From the NCBI GenBank assembly GCA_963836185.1, contig CAWIIQ010000001.1, positions 992,001 through 1,056,000 of the forward strand: a DNA stretch of 64,000 nucleotides, in the 5' to 3' direction. Each line of letters begins with the position of its first letter. Position 1 is the stretch's first letter. Both the position numbers and the translations under genes were made by a program. The stretch is from Candidatus Krumholzibacteriia bacterium. Its GTDB lineage: Bacteria > Krumholzibacteriota > Krumholzibacteriia > Krumholzibacteriales > Krumholzibacteriaceae. Below are positions 1-9,898 of this stretch, one piece after another. The notes under the pieces were generated by a model, which searched no databases, had not been told where the DNA came from, and was given only the letters and a program-made list of their open reading frames with translations.

Positions 1-1332
1 ATCCTGATCGATCTCGGTGCGCAGATCCTCATGTGGACGATCGAGACGACCCTCGTCGGCCACATCGCGATCAGTACGCTCGCGAGGTGCTATCCCGGGA
101 CGGGCGCAACGGGCGTTGACGCACTTACCGCGGTCGGGAACGTCGTACAGGTCATCCTCTATACATGCACGATCCTCCTGATCTTCGTCTTCGGGGCTTC
201 GATAATCATCGTGAGACTGCTCGGTGCCGGCAGGAAAGAAGACGCCAACCACTTCCTCGGACAGACTATATTCACCGCGATCTTCCCGGCGATCGGCATC
301 GCGGTCATCTGGTATTTCGCGGCGCCCCTGATATTCAGGACAGTGCTCGGTACATCCGAAGCAGTGACCGTGATCGGCGTCGATTATCTCCGGACCGTAT
401 CGTGGTTCGCACCCTTCATCATAATGAATTTTGTCGCAATCGGGCTCGTAAGAGGAGCCGGAGATACGCACCTTGCGATGGTGACTGGACTGCTCGTAAA
501 CGGCATACACCTTGTGCTGGCCGTGCTTCTTGTATTCGGCATCTGGAAGTTCCCCGAACTCGGCGTGAGGGGAGCGGCGCTGGCGGCCGGGACGGCGCAT
601 ACGGTCGGATGCATCTTCACTTTCAGCGTCATACTGCGCGGCCGTTCGATGATCATATTCAACTGGAGCGATTTCAGGGATATCAACAGGCGAAGCATCA
701 TCCGTATCATACAGACCGGTACGCCGATAACGCTCGAACAGCTCGCGTGGATGACCGGGATGACGATCGTCATCGGATTCAGCAACAGGCTGGCGCCCGC
801 GGCGGCGGCCGGCCACATCATCATCCTCACATATCAGCGGATATTCTCGATGATATACCAGGCTTTCGGGATGGGCGCGTTGACCCTGGTCGGGAAACGA
901 TACGGCGCCAGGGAGTTTATCAAGGCGAGACAGACGACCCGGATGTTCGCGTGGCTGGTCAGCGGAGTGGTCGTGGTCATCGCGGGGGTCCTGTACATCA
1001 GCGCGAGGTACTGGGTGCTGCTGTTCACATCCGATCCCGAGGTGATCAGGGTGGGCGTCTACGCTCTGAGGATCGCCGCTCTGATCCAGATACCGAAGGC
1101 CCTGTCGTACGTATATTCATTCAGTCTCCGCGGTATCGGTGAGAACCGGTATCCGATGTACCTCGCCTTCTTCGGGGTCATATTCTTCCAGGTGATACTC
1201 GGTTACAACCTCGCATTTACAGCGGGACTATCGCTGGCCGGGCTGTGGATAGCGGCAGGGGTCGACGAAATGTTCAAGATGTCGATGTTCTTCAGGCGGT
1301 TCAGAAAGAGGATCCGGAAACTCACGGCTTAG
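1..1332 (+). CDS. MATE family efflux transporter (5'-partial)
   Basis: Frame open from base 1. Multi-TM protein with MATE motifs (RGAGDT..AM, PELGVRGAALA, GTPITLEQ, LRGIGE). Confidence 0.85.
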   Translation: MLIDLGAQILMWTIETTLVGHIAISTLARCYPGTGATGVDALTAVGNVVQVILYTCTILLIFVFGASIIIVRLLGAGRKEDANHFLGQTIFTAIFPAIGIAVIWYFAAPLIFRTVLGTSEAVTVIGVDYLRTVSWFAPFIIMNFVAIGLVRGAGDTHLAMVTGLLVNGIHLVLAVLLVFGIWKFPELGVRGAALAAGTAHTVGCIFTFSVILRGRSMIIFNWSDFRDINRRSIIRIIQTGTPITLEQLAWMTGMTIVIGFSNRLAPAAAAGHIIILTYQRIFSMIYQAFGMGALTLVGKRYGAREFIKARQTTRMFAWLVSGVVVVIAGVLYISARYWVLLFTSDPEVIRVGVYALRIAALIQIPKALSYVYSFSLRGIGENRYPMYLAFFGVIFFQVILGYNLAFTAGLSLAGLWIAAGVDEMFKMSMFFRRFRKRIRKLTA

Positions 1333-1412
1333 ATCTGGCAGGTGCGCCTGATAGATGCGCTATGAAACAGTAACGCCCCGCGGGCGTATTGCAATAAGGG
1401 TGTGAATCACAG

Positions 1413-2075
1413 ATGGCAGAAAAGAAACGTGGATATTTCATAACCTTCGAAGGCGTTGAGGGATCGGGAAAATCCACCGTGGCCGGTGCTGTTATGGAGA
1501 GATTCCTGCAGGCCGGTCTCGAATGCATCATCACCCGGGAGCCGGGAGGAAACGAGATCTCGGAGAAGATAAGGGAGATGCTGCTTGATCCGGGAAACAC
1601 ATCTATCTCTCCGAGGACCGAACTGCTGCTGTACGTAGCCAGCAGAGCACAGCTTGTCGGCGAAGTGATCGGCCCCGCGCTGAAGGAGGGGACGAGCGTG
1701 ATGTGCGACAGGTTCATGGACGCCTCGGTCGCCTACCAGGGGTGGGCCAGGAAGCTCGGCGAGGATGTCGTCGAGGGCCTCAACTCGTTCGCGGTGGCGG
1801 ATAACGTGCCTGACAGGACTTATCTGCTCGATCTCGAAGTCGGCGACGGTTTCGAGCGTGGACCCGACCGGAGAGAGGCCGAGGGGCAGCGGAACAGGGA
1901 CAGGCTCGAGCTGGAGAAGAGGGATTTTCACGAGAGAGTGCGGGAGGGATACCTGCGGATCGCCGCGCGGGAGCCGGAAAGGGTCGTCGTAATAGACGCT
2001 TCCAGGACGCTCGAAGAGGTGATTGAGGCTGTTACAGGGAACCTGAGGACCCTTCCCGGGTTAAAAGGTCTGTGA
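1413..2075 (+). CDS. tmk: thymidylate kinase
   Basis: FITFEGVEGSGKST P-loop, TREPGG, CDRFMDASVAYQG, DRLE. Confidence 0.95.
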   Translation: MAEKKRGYFITFEGVEGSGKSTVAGAVMERFLQAGLECIITREPGGNEISEKIREMLLDPGNTSISPRTELLLYVASRAQLVGEVIGPALKEGTSVMCDRFMDASVAYQGWARKLGEDVVEGLNSFAVADNVPDRTYLLDLEVGDGFERGPDRREAEGQRNRDRLELEKRDFHERVREGYLRIAAREPERVVVIDASRTLEEVIEAVTGNLRTLPGLKGL

Positions 2076-2177
2076 TCATTAAGCGTTTGATTCCGATTCC
2101 CGGTGGAAACATATTAAGGGGTGCCGGATATCCGGCCGGCCGGGAAAGAAGATAAACAATTCCATGGGAGGTCTCCA

Positions 2178-3800
2178 TTGAGACTCGACAAGAGATTCGC
2201 GATATCAGCATTGGCCCTGATCCTGCTCGTGGCGGCGGCCTTCTACGTGTTTGCCGGGGAGCAGCGAAGGGACAGGGAGACCTCGCTCGAAGAGATCGAC
2301 AGGCTCAATGAGGTCCTCACAAGGGTCCTGGACTATTACGTCGACGAGAAGGAGCTAAGCGACGTCATAGACGATGCCATACGGGGCATCCTCGAGGATC
2401 TCGATCCGCATTCGGTATATCTCGACAAGCGTCAGTACGAGAACCTCATGATCGACACGAAAGGCGAGTTCGGGGGTCTCGGCATCACGATAACGGTGAG
2501 GGAAGGTTTTCCCACCGTCATATCCCCTATCGAGGATACGCCGGCTTTCAGGATGGGGATCCAGGCCGGTGACCGCATAATAGCGATCGAGGGCGAGCCC
2601 ACGGAGGGCTGGAGCAGCGACGAGGCGGTCGGAAAGCTCAGGGGAGCTCCGGGTACCCAGGTCAACATCACCGTCGGCCGTGATGCCGGCCATGAAGAGG
2701 TCGACTCGCTTGACGTTACGATCACACGAGAGATCATCACAGTGCCGAGCATCACTTATTACGATATTATCGACGGAGTCGGTTATATCAGGATCTCGAG
2801 GTTCGCCGAAAACACCGCGCGCGACCTCGACTCGATACTCGACGGTATGGAGAAGGAAGGGATCAAGGGGGTCATGATCGATCTCAGGTCGAATCCCGGC
2901 GGCCTTCTCACAGCGGCGTTCCACGTATCGGATCTTTTCCTCGACAAGGGAAAGATGATCGTCTATACCGAGAGCCGCCTGCCCGACCACAGCCAGAAGT
3001 TCTACTCCAATGGAAAGAACGTACACGGCGATTACCCCGTCGTGGTACTGGTCAACGGGGCGAGCGCGTCAGCGTCCGAGATCGTCGCGGGCGCCGTTCA
3101 GGACTGGGACCGCGGTCTCGTGGTCGGCCAGACGACATTCGGCAAGGGCTCGGTGCAGACAGTATTCAAGATCGGCCAGGATTCGGCGCTCAAACTCACC
3201 ACCCAGAAGTACTTCACTCCGAGCGGCAGGAGCATCCACAAGGATGTGGACCGTGAGGGTAACGATATCATCGATGAAGAGGATGCTGAGAAGGAATACT
3301 ACACCGCGGGCGGACGTGTGGTCTACGGCGGCGGAGGCATCACCCCAGACTGGACGATGGAGCTTCCCGAATGGACCGACTTCCAGCGCGACCTGGAGAT
3401 AAAGAGCATATTCTTCTCGTTCGCAGTCCACTATACCGCCGAGCACCAGGATGTCGGCGAAGATTTCATCGTCACGGACGACGTGATGAAGGAGTTCCGT
3501 GATTTCCTCGTCACCAAGGAGTTCGAGTACGAGGAGGACAGCTGGACCGAGGAGAATGTCAAATACGTCGATCTGGGCATCAAGCGCGAGGTCTTCCGTA
3601 AGCTCTTCGGTACAAAGGGTGCCTACATGGCCACCCTTCCCGAGGACGATGAGGTCAACGCGGTTCTCGAGATGTTCAACGGGGCAGCGACCCTGGACGA
3701 CATGTTCGCCTACGCGGCCAGGAAACAGGAGCTTGTAAAGGCCAAGCAGGAAAGGGCAGAAGCGGAGCAGGCCGAAGCCGTGAAGACGGAGGTCGATTGA
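2178..3800 (+). CDS. ctpA: S41 family carboxyl-terminal processing protease
   Basis: N-terminal TM, PDZ domain, DLRSNPGG, SASASEIVAGA, TFGKGSVQ. TTG start at 2178 after GGAGG (ORF track starts at 2121). Confidence 0.9.
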   Translation: MRLDKRFAISALALILLVAAAFYVFAGEQRRDRETSLEEIDRLNEVLTRVLDYYVDEKELSDVIDDAIRGILEDLDPHSVYLDKRQYENLMIDTKGEFGGLGITITVREGFPTVISPIEDTPAFRMGIQAGDRIIAIEGEPTEGWSSDEAVGKLRGAPGTQVNITVGRDAGHEEVDSLDVTITREIITVPSITYYDIIDGVGYIRISRFAENTARDLDSILDGMEKEGIKGVMIDLRSNPGGLLTAAFHVSDLFLDKGKMIVYTESRLPDHSQKFYSNGKNVHGDYPVVVLVNGASASASEIVAGAVQDWDRGLVVGQTTFGKGSVQTVFKIGQDSALKLTTQKYFTPSGRSIHKDVDREGNDIIDEEDAEKEYYTAGGRVVYGGGGITPDWTMELPEWTDFQRDLEIKSIFFSFAVHYTAEHQDVGEDFIVTDDVMKEFRDFLVTKEFEYEEDSWTEENVKYVDLGIKREVFRKLFGTKGAYMATLPEDDEVNAVLEMFNGAATLDDMFAYAARKQELVKAKQERAEAEQAEAVKTEVD

Positions 3801-4468
3801 AGAACCAACGAATCGCCATAGTAAGCGATTTTGACGGTACGATCACGCTTCGGGATGTAGGGCATCATTTCTTCGAGAAGTTCATTCCCGACAGGAAGGC
3901 CCATGAGGAGCTTCTCGAGAAGTGGAAGATCGGCCTGATCAGTTCCCGCGAGTGTCTCGACAAGGAGATAGCGTGGGTTCGGGCTGGCCTTGCGGACCTC
4001 GACGATTTCATCGAAAACGAGCCTCTCGATCCGTTCTTCAAGGATTTTGTCGATTTCTGCAACAGGCGGAAGTTCGAACTGATGATACTCAGTGACGGGC
4101 TCGACTACTATATCGACGCTATCCTCATGAGGTACGGCTACGGATTCATCGATTTCAAGGCGAATCATCTGGTCACAGAGGGGGACAGTATCACCGGCGT
4201 CGAATTCCCCTGGTATCTGCCCGAGCTCTGCGACATGTGTGCGAACTGCAAGAAAGCGCATGTCGACAAGATGCGCGGTGAAGGATACTTCACAGTCTAC
4301 ATAGGCAACGGTTACAGCGACAGATGTCCGTCGGAGCACGCTGACATGGTCTTTGCCAAGGGGGAACTGCTCGACCACTGCGAGCAGAAGAAGATAGACT
4401 TCGTCCGCTTCAGGAATTTCCGCGATGTCGAACGGGAGATGATGACAAGGCTCTATCTGTCTGAATGA
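3797..4468 (+). CDS. MtnX-like HAD-IB family phosphatase
   Basis: DFDGTIT motif I, SDG, CxxCxxCK, GNGYSDRC, VFAK. Overlaps the ctpA stop (TTGA). Confidence 0.8.
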   Translation: MKNQRIAIVSDFDGTITLRDVGHHFFEKFIPDRKAHEELLEKWKIGLISSRECLDKEIAWVRAGLADLDDFIENEPLDPFFKDFVDFCNRRKFELMILSDGLDYYIDAILMRYGYGFIDFKANHLVTEGDSITGVEFPWYLPELCDMCANCKKAHVDKMRGEGYFTVYIGNGYSDRCPSEHADMVFAKGELLDHCEQKKIDFVRFRNFRDVEREMMTRLYLSE

Positions 4469-4532
4469 CCGGTCCGCGGGGAGGACGGTACAGCTTTCAA
4501 ATCAGAAGAAACGCGGAAAAAATCGCACGGGG

Positions 4533-4934
4533 TCACTCATCCTGCTCACGCTCTTCTTCCATCCTTCTTATCTCTTCCCTGTGATGACGGTCCAGCCGTT
4601 CTGTGTAGAGGCGGGTGATAAACCCGTTGAACTCGAATATATCGCTGTCTGTGATCTCGCTGCTTCCATTAAGAAGCTTCATCCGGTCCATCACATCTGT
4701 CATATCGTTGCGGGAACATATCTCTTTCTCGTAGCATTGCCAGAACTTGTCGATGGCCTCCTGCAGTTCATTGCCGTACTTCGCCTGCAGATCGGCGGGC
4801 ATCGATGAGTACAGCCTGTCGGCGGATCTGAAGTACGATCTGGCCGATATCCAGTCTTTTCCGGCAACGAGCGCCACGATGATCAATATGGCCGCCGCTC
4901 CGGCGATCAACGCCTTTTTTGTTTTACCGGACAT
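4533..4934 (-). CDS. hypothetical protein with N-terminal membrane anchor
   Basis: GGAGG RBS, hydrophobic N-terminus, fills the gap between convergent genes. Confidence 0.65.
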   Translation of the reverse strand: MSGKTKKALIAGAAAILIIVALVAGKDWISARSYFRSADRLYSSMPADLQAKYGNELQEAIDKFWQCYEKEICSRNDMTDVMDRMKLLNGSSEITDSDIFEFNGFITRLYTERLDRHHREEIRRMEEEREQDE

Positions 4935-4979
4935 CTTTCCTCCATCGATTTATCGCGCCTGAAAATCCACTATCGTATC

Positions 4980-5831
4980 TTACACCCCGCCAAGGGTGGA
5001 AGTAAACCATTCGACGGTCAGCGACACTGCTTTGTCGAGGGCGTGTGCAGGTTCCGACATCGGGTGAGTCACACCGAAAGTATGACCGCATCCACCGATC
5101 GTCTCCAGTCTCCTCTCGCCCTTTCGAGGAAGATCGAAGAACGCTTTCGCCTCGCTGATCGAAACGGCCGCGTCACGTTCCCCGTGGATGATCAGATGCG
5201 GGATCTCCAGTGCGGCCGCCGATGACAGGAGGTCGTACTTCTCCCTGTTCGAATCTATATCCTCGTAGTACGAGTAGTCGAGATGCAGTGGGGCCGGTGA
5301 ACGGCTGTCGGAGAATTCGAGGGTGCCCGTTTCCTTCCAGTCCTTTTTCCGGCGGTCGGTGTACCTGTCGAGCTTCGACGGCGTTGCCCATGTGACGATC
5401 GATCTTACTTCGGGGAATGATTTCGCGGTCAATATCGAGACCGATCCGCCCCTGCTGTGCCCGAGCAGTCCCCGGGAGGGTGATGCGGGGAAGGGGAAGG
5501 TGTCCGGACCTGTCCAGCGCAGGACCCGTTCGAGGTCGGCGAGCTCGGTCGACACATTGTTCGAGGCGAATTCGACAGGCCTCGTGATCATCCCCGTCTC
5601 ATCGTCCGTGCCGCTGTGGGAGAAGCTTATCGTCACAACATGGAATCCGGCCAGTGCGAGGCTCTCGGAGACATGAGGAAAGAATCCCCATCGCCTGTAC
5701 CCGAGGAATCCGGGGCAGATGACGATAACCGGCCTTGCGGAGTCCCTGAAGGCCGTCCTGACATCCGCAAAGACAGGCAGGCCGTCCCCGCCGATGACGG
5801 TATCCGCTGTGAAAACCTTTGAACCTTTCAT
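4980..5831 (-). CDS. alpha/beta hydrolase (S9/dienelactone hydrolase-like)
   Basis: GHSRGG nucleophile elbow, HGERD and GHTFG triad motifs. ATG at 5831 preferred. Confidence 0.8.
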   Translation of the reverse strand: MKGSKVFTADTVIGGDGLPVFADVRTAFRDSARPVIVICPGFLGYRRWGFFPHVSESLALAGFHVVTISFSHSGTDDETGMITRPVEFASNNVSTELADLERVLRWTGPDTFPFPASPSRGLLGHSRGGSVSILTAKSFPEVRSIVTWATPSKLDRYTDRRKKDWKETGTLEFSDSRSPAPLHLDYSYYEDIDSNREKYDLLSSAAALEIPHLIIHGERDAAVSISEAKAFFDLPRKGERRLETIGGCGHTFGVTHPMSEPAHALDKAVSLTVEWFTSTLGGV

Positions 5832-5879
5832 ATTCGATAAGGTATTATCTTTTACGTGGAAATGCAATGGAGGTCGGCG

Positions 5880-6716
5880 ATGAGAAAACGTGTGCTGTTT
5901 GGAATACTTATAACACTGATCATATTCGTTGTAGCCAGAAGACTATCGATGAACAGGCCCGCAGAGGCCACGTGGACATTCGATGATGTGAAGATCACCC
6001 ATATGACCGTCTTTGAGCAGGTCGGGCCGGGGCAGCCGGAGATACTCCTGCATGTCGATCCTCCCACGGAGATCGACGCGGCCGTTCTTTATCGTGTCCC
6101 CGGTACAGAGGCGTTCGACACGGTCGGGATGTCCGAGATATCGACTGGGGTATGGTCGGCGAGACTCCCCGCCGGGCAGAAGGGGGACAGGCTCGAGTAC
6201 GGCTTCAGGATTTTATGGGCCACCGTCTACGATGGGGGGGGCAGTTCGACGGCAACCGATATTTCCGGCTATTATCTGATCAAGTACAAGGGAGAGGTGT
6301 CGGTGACCGTCCTCGTCCTGCACATACTCTGTATGTTCGCCGCCTTCTTTTTCATCGTCGAGGCGATACTCGGCGCTTTCGCCATGATCATCATGGGAGA
6401 GGAGAAGGAGTTCACCGTCGCGCAGACGAGATGGGTGCTGCTCTTCACTTTTCTCGGGGGTATGCCGCTTGGATTCGTCCTGAACAGGCAGAGATTCGGG
6501 CCGCTATGGGAGGCCTTCCCCTTCGGGACCGATATTACCGATAACAAGACACAGCTCATAATTATCTTCTGGATAATAATCGCGGCCCTGTCATGGAAGA
6601 GTTTCGCGTGCAGGAGAACAGGACGCGACGCTATCGGGCCAGGCGCCTATGCCACCGCCGTAATAATAGCTTCGGTCCTCAGCCTGTTCCTGTATCTCGT
6701 GCCTCACAGCCTCTGA
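5880..6716 (+). CDS. hypothetical membrane protein (extracytoplasmic beta-rich domain plus about 4 TM)
   Basis: GGAGG RBS, N-terminal TM, four C-terminal hydrophobic helices with a PFGTDITDNKT motif. Confidence 0.7.
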   Translation: MRKRVLFGILITLIIFVVARRLSMNRPAEATWTFDDVKITHMTVFEQVGPGQPEILLHVDPPTEIDAAVLYRVPGTEAFDTVGMSEISTGVWSARLPAGQKGDRLEYGFRILWATVYDGGGSSTATDISGYYLIKYKGEVSVTVLVLHILCMFAAFFFIVEAILGAFAMIIMGEEKEFTVAQTRWVLLFTFLGGMPLGFVLNRQRFGPLWEAFPFGTDITDNKTQLIIIFWIIIAALSWKSFACRRTGRDAIGPGAYATAVIIASVLSLFLYLVPHSL

Positions 6717-6820
6717 TGGTATCTGTCTGTGGGCGCCTTTGACGGGAGACTCTGAAATCAGACTCAGATCGGGGTCTCTCAAATCCGGCTCAGACGGGAG
6801 CCTCTGACGGGAGCTGCTTC

Positions 6821-7822
6821 ATGACATTCGATCCTCCCGGACATATGCGATCCCCCTTTTCAGGGACAGCTGCCGGCCTTGCCCCGCTGGCCGGCTGGTC
6901 TGACGCGCCATTCAGGCTGCTCTGCTTCGAGTACGGCGCTGATTTTGCCGTGACGGAGATGGTCAGCGCGGAAGGGCTGATCAGGGCGGGCGAAAAGACG
7001 GCACGCCTGATCGAACGGATGCCCGGCGAGGGCCCGGTGGGCGTCCAGCTCTTCGGATCCGATCCGGCGGCTTTTGCCGAAGCGGCGGCGATAGTCTCGA
7101 AAACCGCCCCGGCCTTTATCGACCTCAATTTCGGATGTCCCGTCAAGAAGGTGATCAGGAAAAATGGCGGCTCGGCGATCATGCGCGATCTCGACCTGAT
7201 GGGACGGATCTGCGAGGCTGTCGTGTCGGCATCAACTATTCCAGTGACAGCGAAGATCCGGAGCGGCTGGAGCCCGGCCGAGGAGAATTTCATCGAGGCG
7301 GGGAAGACCGCCGAGGAGGCCGGAGTTACGGCCGTGACCCTTCATCCGAGGTACCGGACGCAGCTCTTTTCGGGAGATGCCGACTGGAGCCACCTCGCGA
7401 GGCTGCGAGAGGCGCTTACAATAGATGTCGTAGCGAGTGGTGATGTGCGGGGAGCGGAGGATTACCGGAAAATTGTCGAGATAACAGGGTGTGAAACTGT
7501 TATGATAGGCAGGGGCGCGTTCGGGCGCCCCTGGGTATTCAGCGAGATAAAGGCTGCTCTCGAGGGACGGCCCTGGATCCCGCCCAGGCCGGAGGAAAAG
7601 ACCGGTGTTATGATCAGGCTGGCCCGTATGGAGGAGGAGTGGAAGGGTGAGAAACGGGCAGTAGTCGAGATGCGCAAGCAGTACAGGTGGTTCATCCGGG
7701 GATTGCCGGATGTGAAGGACTACCGTATGAGGCTTTCAACCGCTGAATCCCTGGCAGATGCGGCGGAGATAATATCAGAACTTAAAAAAGACATGGAGAA
7801 GAGATGGACAGGGACAGCCTGA
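6821..7822 (+). CDS. dusB: tRNA-dihydrouridine synthase B
   Basis: LAPLAG, TEMVS, VQLFGS, DLNFGCP, VTAKIRSGW, VMIGRGA.GRPW. Confidence 0.9.
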   Translation: MTFDPPGHMRSPFSGTAAGLAPLAGWSDAPFRLLCFEYGADFAVTEMVSAEGLIRAGEKTARLIERMPGEGPVGVQLFGSDPAAFAEAAAIVSKTAPAFIDLNFGCPVKKVIRKNGGSAIMRDLDLMGRICEAVVSASTIPVTAKIRSGWSPAEENFIEAGKTAEEAGVTAVTLHPRYRTQLFSGDADWSHLARLREALTIDVVASGDVRGAEDYRKIVEITGCETVMIGRGAFGRPWVFSEIKAALEGRPWIPPRPEEKTGVMIRLARMEEEWKGEKRAVVEMRKQYRWFIRGLPDVKDYRMRLSTAESLADAAEIISELKKDMEKRWTGTA

Positions 7823-8571
7823 AGAAACTGCTGGATGAAGTCGCCGGCGGCAGGACCGGTGTGGATGAGGCGGTCGAACGCCTCCGGACACTGCCGTTCG
7901 AGGATACCGGGTATGCCCGGATAGATCATCACAGGGAACTGCGGCGCGGATTTCCAGAGGTGATATTCTGTCAGGGCAAGACTCCGGAGCAGATCCAGGG
8001 TATCGCGACGAGGATAATCAGGCACGGATCGGACCTGCTTGCTACGAGGTGCTCCCCCGAGCAGTTCGCGGCCGTTTCCGGCGCGATCGAGGGAGCCGTC
8101 TACCATGAGGATGGAAGGCTCTTCGCTGTAAAACAGTCGAAGCAGGAAGAAAAAGGTTTTATCGCCGTTGTCGCCGGCGGGACCTCCGACAGGCCCGTGT
8201 CTGAAGAGGCCGCACTGACGGCGCATTATCTAGGGTGCAGGGTGGAGAGGTTTTACGATGTCGGCGTCGCCGGTATCCACCGGCTTTTCTCCTCGTGGGA
8301 GGAGATCAAGGAGGCCGATGTGATCGTCGTCGTGGCGGGTATGGAGGGAGCTCTGGCGAGTGTAGTAGCGGGGATGGCCTCCGCGCCGGTCATAGCGGTT
8401 CCCACGAGTATAGGATATGGAGCGAGTTTCGGCGGGCTTGCGGCGCTGCTGGCGATGCTGAACAGCTGCGCCGGTGGAGTCACAGTCGTCAACATCGATA
8501 ACGGGTTCGGCGCCGCTTATGCCGCGGCGGTCATCTGCAGAAAGATATATCCGGACGAACAGGGGAAATAG
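7804..8571 (+). CDS. larB: nickel pincer cofactor biosynthesis protein LarB
   Basis: DHHRELRRGFPEVIF, GTSD, DVGVAGIHR, AGMEGAL, PTSIGYG, LNSCA, VNIDNGFGA. Confidence 0.95.
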   Translation: MDRDSLKKLLDEVAGGRTGVDEAVERLRTLPFEDTGYARIDHHRELRRGFPEVIFCQGKTPEQIQGIATRIIRHGSDLLATRCSPEQFAAVSGAIEGAVYHEDGRLFAVKQSKQEEKGFIAVVAGGTSDRPVSEEAALTAHYLGCRVERFYDVGVAGIHRLFSSWEEIKEADVIVVVAGMEGALASVVAGMASAPVIAVPTSIGYGASFGGLAALLAMLNSCAGGVTVVNIDNGFGAAYAAAVICRKIYPDEQGK

Positions 8572-9891
8572 ATGCCGAAAGCGGATAGAAGAACGAAGAA
8601 GGCGAAAAGTGCCGGGCCGATGAGCAGACCGCGGAAAAATAAATCGATCGATTCGATCGTTCTCGACCCCGTCCTGGGCTTGAGCGGCGACATGTTTCTA
8701 GGGTGCCTTTTCGCACTCGGCGCCGACAGGCGTGAGGTCGAGAGACAGGTCGCTACGATGCCGGGGCTCGAGAAGTTCAGTATCGTATCGGGCAGGGTAA
8801 AGCGCAGGGGAGTGACCGCTGTAAGGGCGAGAGTGATCTGTCCCGACAAGGCAAGGCCGAGGGACCTCGGGACGATCCTGTCCATGATAAAACGTTCGAA
8901 GCTCGGCAGGGGCGTGAAGGAAGCGGCCTCGAACGCGTTTATGGTGCTCGGCATGGCCGAAGGGAAGATACATGGTGTCCCCACCGACCATGTGCATTTC
9001 CACGAGGTCGGAGCAGTCGACTCAATTGTAGACATCGTCGGTACGGCTGTAGCACTTTCACTGCTGGGCTTTCCGAAGCTGTACCACAGGCCGTTTGTAC
9101 TCGGGAGCGGAACTATCACATTCTCTCACGGTACGCTCCCCCTTCCCGCGCCCGCGACTCTTGAGGTGTTGAAGAACAGGACAGTTTCGTTAGGTACCGT
9201 AGAGGGTGAGGTCGTCACACCCACCGGCGCGGCGCTTGCCGTGGCGTTCGCGAGGGAACTCCCGGCCGACATGCCGCTGCATATAGAAAAAGTGGTCTAT
9301 GCCGCCGGGACCCGTGAGAAGGGAGGCGAGCCGGGGATGCTCCGTGCCGCCGCCTGCTCCGGTGCCGCCTCGGGGTATGGAGCGGGGGGAAAAGAAGAGC
9401 ATCGGGGACTCGTCACTGTAATCAGGACGACTATCGATGATATGACGCCGGAGTTGTTCGGGTACGTACAGGAGAAGCTCCTCGAGGATGGAGCGCTCGA
9501 TGTCTTCATGTCTTCTGTCGCGATGAAGAAGAACAGGCCCGGTATTCTTCTTACCGTACTCTGTCAACCCGGCTCTGAGGAGAGGCTAGCAGGGGCGCTT
9601 TTCAGGGAGACCACCACGATAGGTGTAAGGATCGGGTACGAAGAGCGCATCGAACTCAAACGTACCGCCGATCATGTCGACACGCCGTTCGGCCGCATAG
9701 CGGTGAAGCGGGCCCTGCTTCCGGAGGGCGCGGTCAAGACCGCGCCTGAATATGAATCGTGCAGAAAAGCCGCAAAGAAACATGGCGTTAGTGTAAGGGA
9801 AGTGTTCGAGGCGGCTATCGCCGCGTCGATAACCGGAGTCCGCAGTGGTGGAGCAGACCGGAATAAACCATCGAAAAAGAAAAGGTCGTAG
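8572..9891 (+). CDS. larC: nickel pincer cofactor biosynthesis protein LarC (Ni insertase)
   Basis: SGDMFLG, AEGKIHG, VHFHEVGAVDSIVDIVG, TPTGA, IDDM, MKKNRPG, ETTTIG, PEYE. Confidence 0.93.
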   Translation: MPKADRRTKKAKSAGPMSRPRKNKSIDSIVLDPVLGLSGDMFLGCLFALGADRREVERQVATMPGLEKFSIVSGRVKRRGVTAVRARVICPDKARPRDLGTILSMIKRSKLGRGVKEAASNAFMVLGMAEGKIHGVPTDHVHFHEVGAVDSIVDIVGTAVALSLLGFPKLYHRPFVLGSGTITFSHGTLPLPAPATLEVLKNRTVSLGTVEGEVVTPTGAALAVAFARELPADMPLHIEKVVYAAGTREKGGEPGMLRAAACSGAASGYGAGGKEEHRGLVTVIRTTIDDMTPELFGYVQEKLLEDGALDVFMSSVAMKKNRPGILLTVLCQPGSEERLAGALFRETTTIGVRIGYEERIELKRTADHVDTPFGRIAVKRALLPEGAVKTAPEYESCRKAAKKHGVSVREVFEAAIAASITGVRSGGADRNKPSKKKRS

Positions 9892-9898
9892 AGAAAAA

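Noticed and set aside
165-1142. 325-aa Arg-rich alternative-frame ORF
   Set aside because: Off-frame shadow of the MATE gene, typical of high-GC codon bias.
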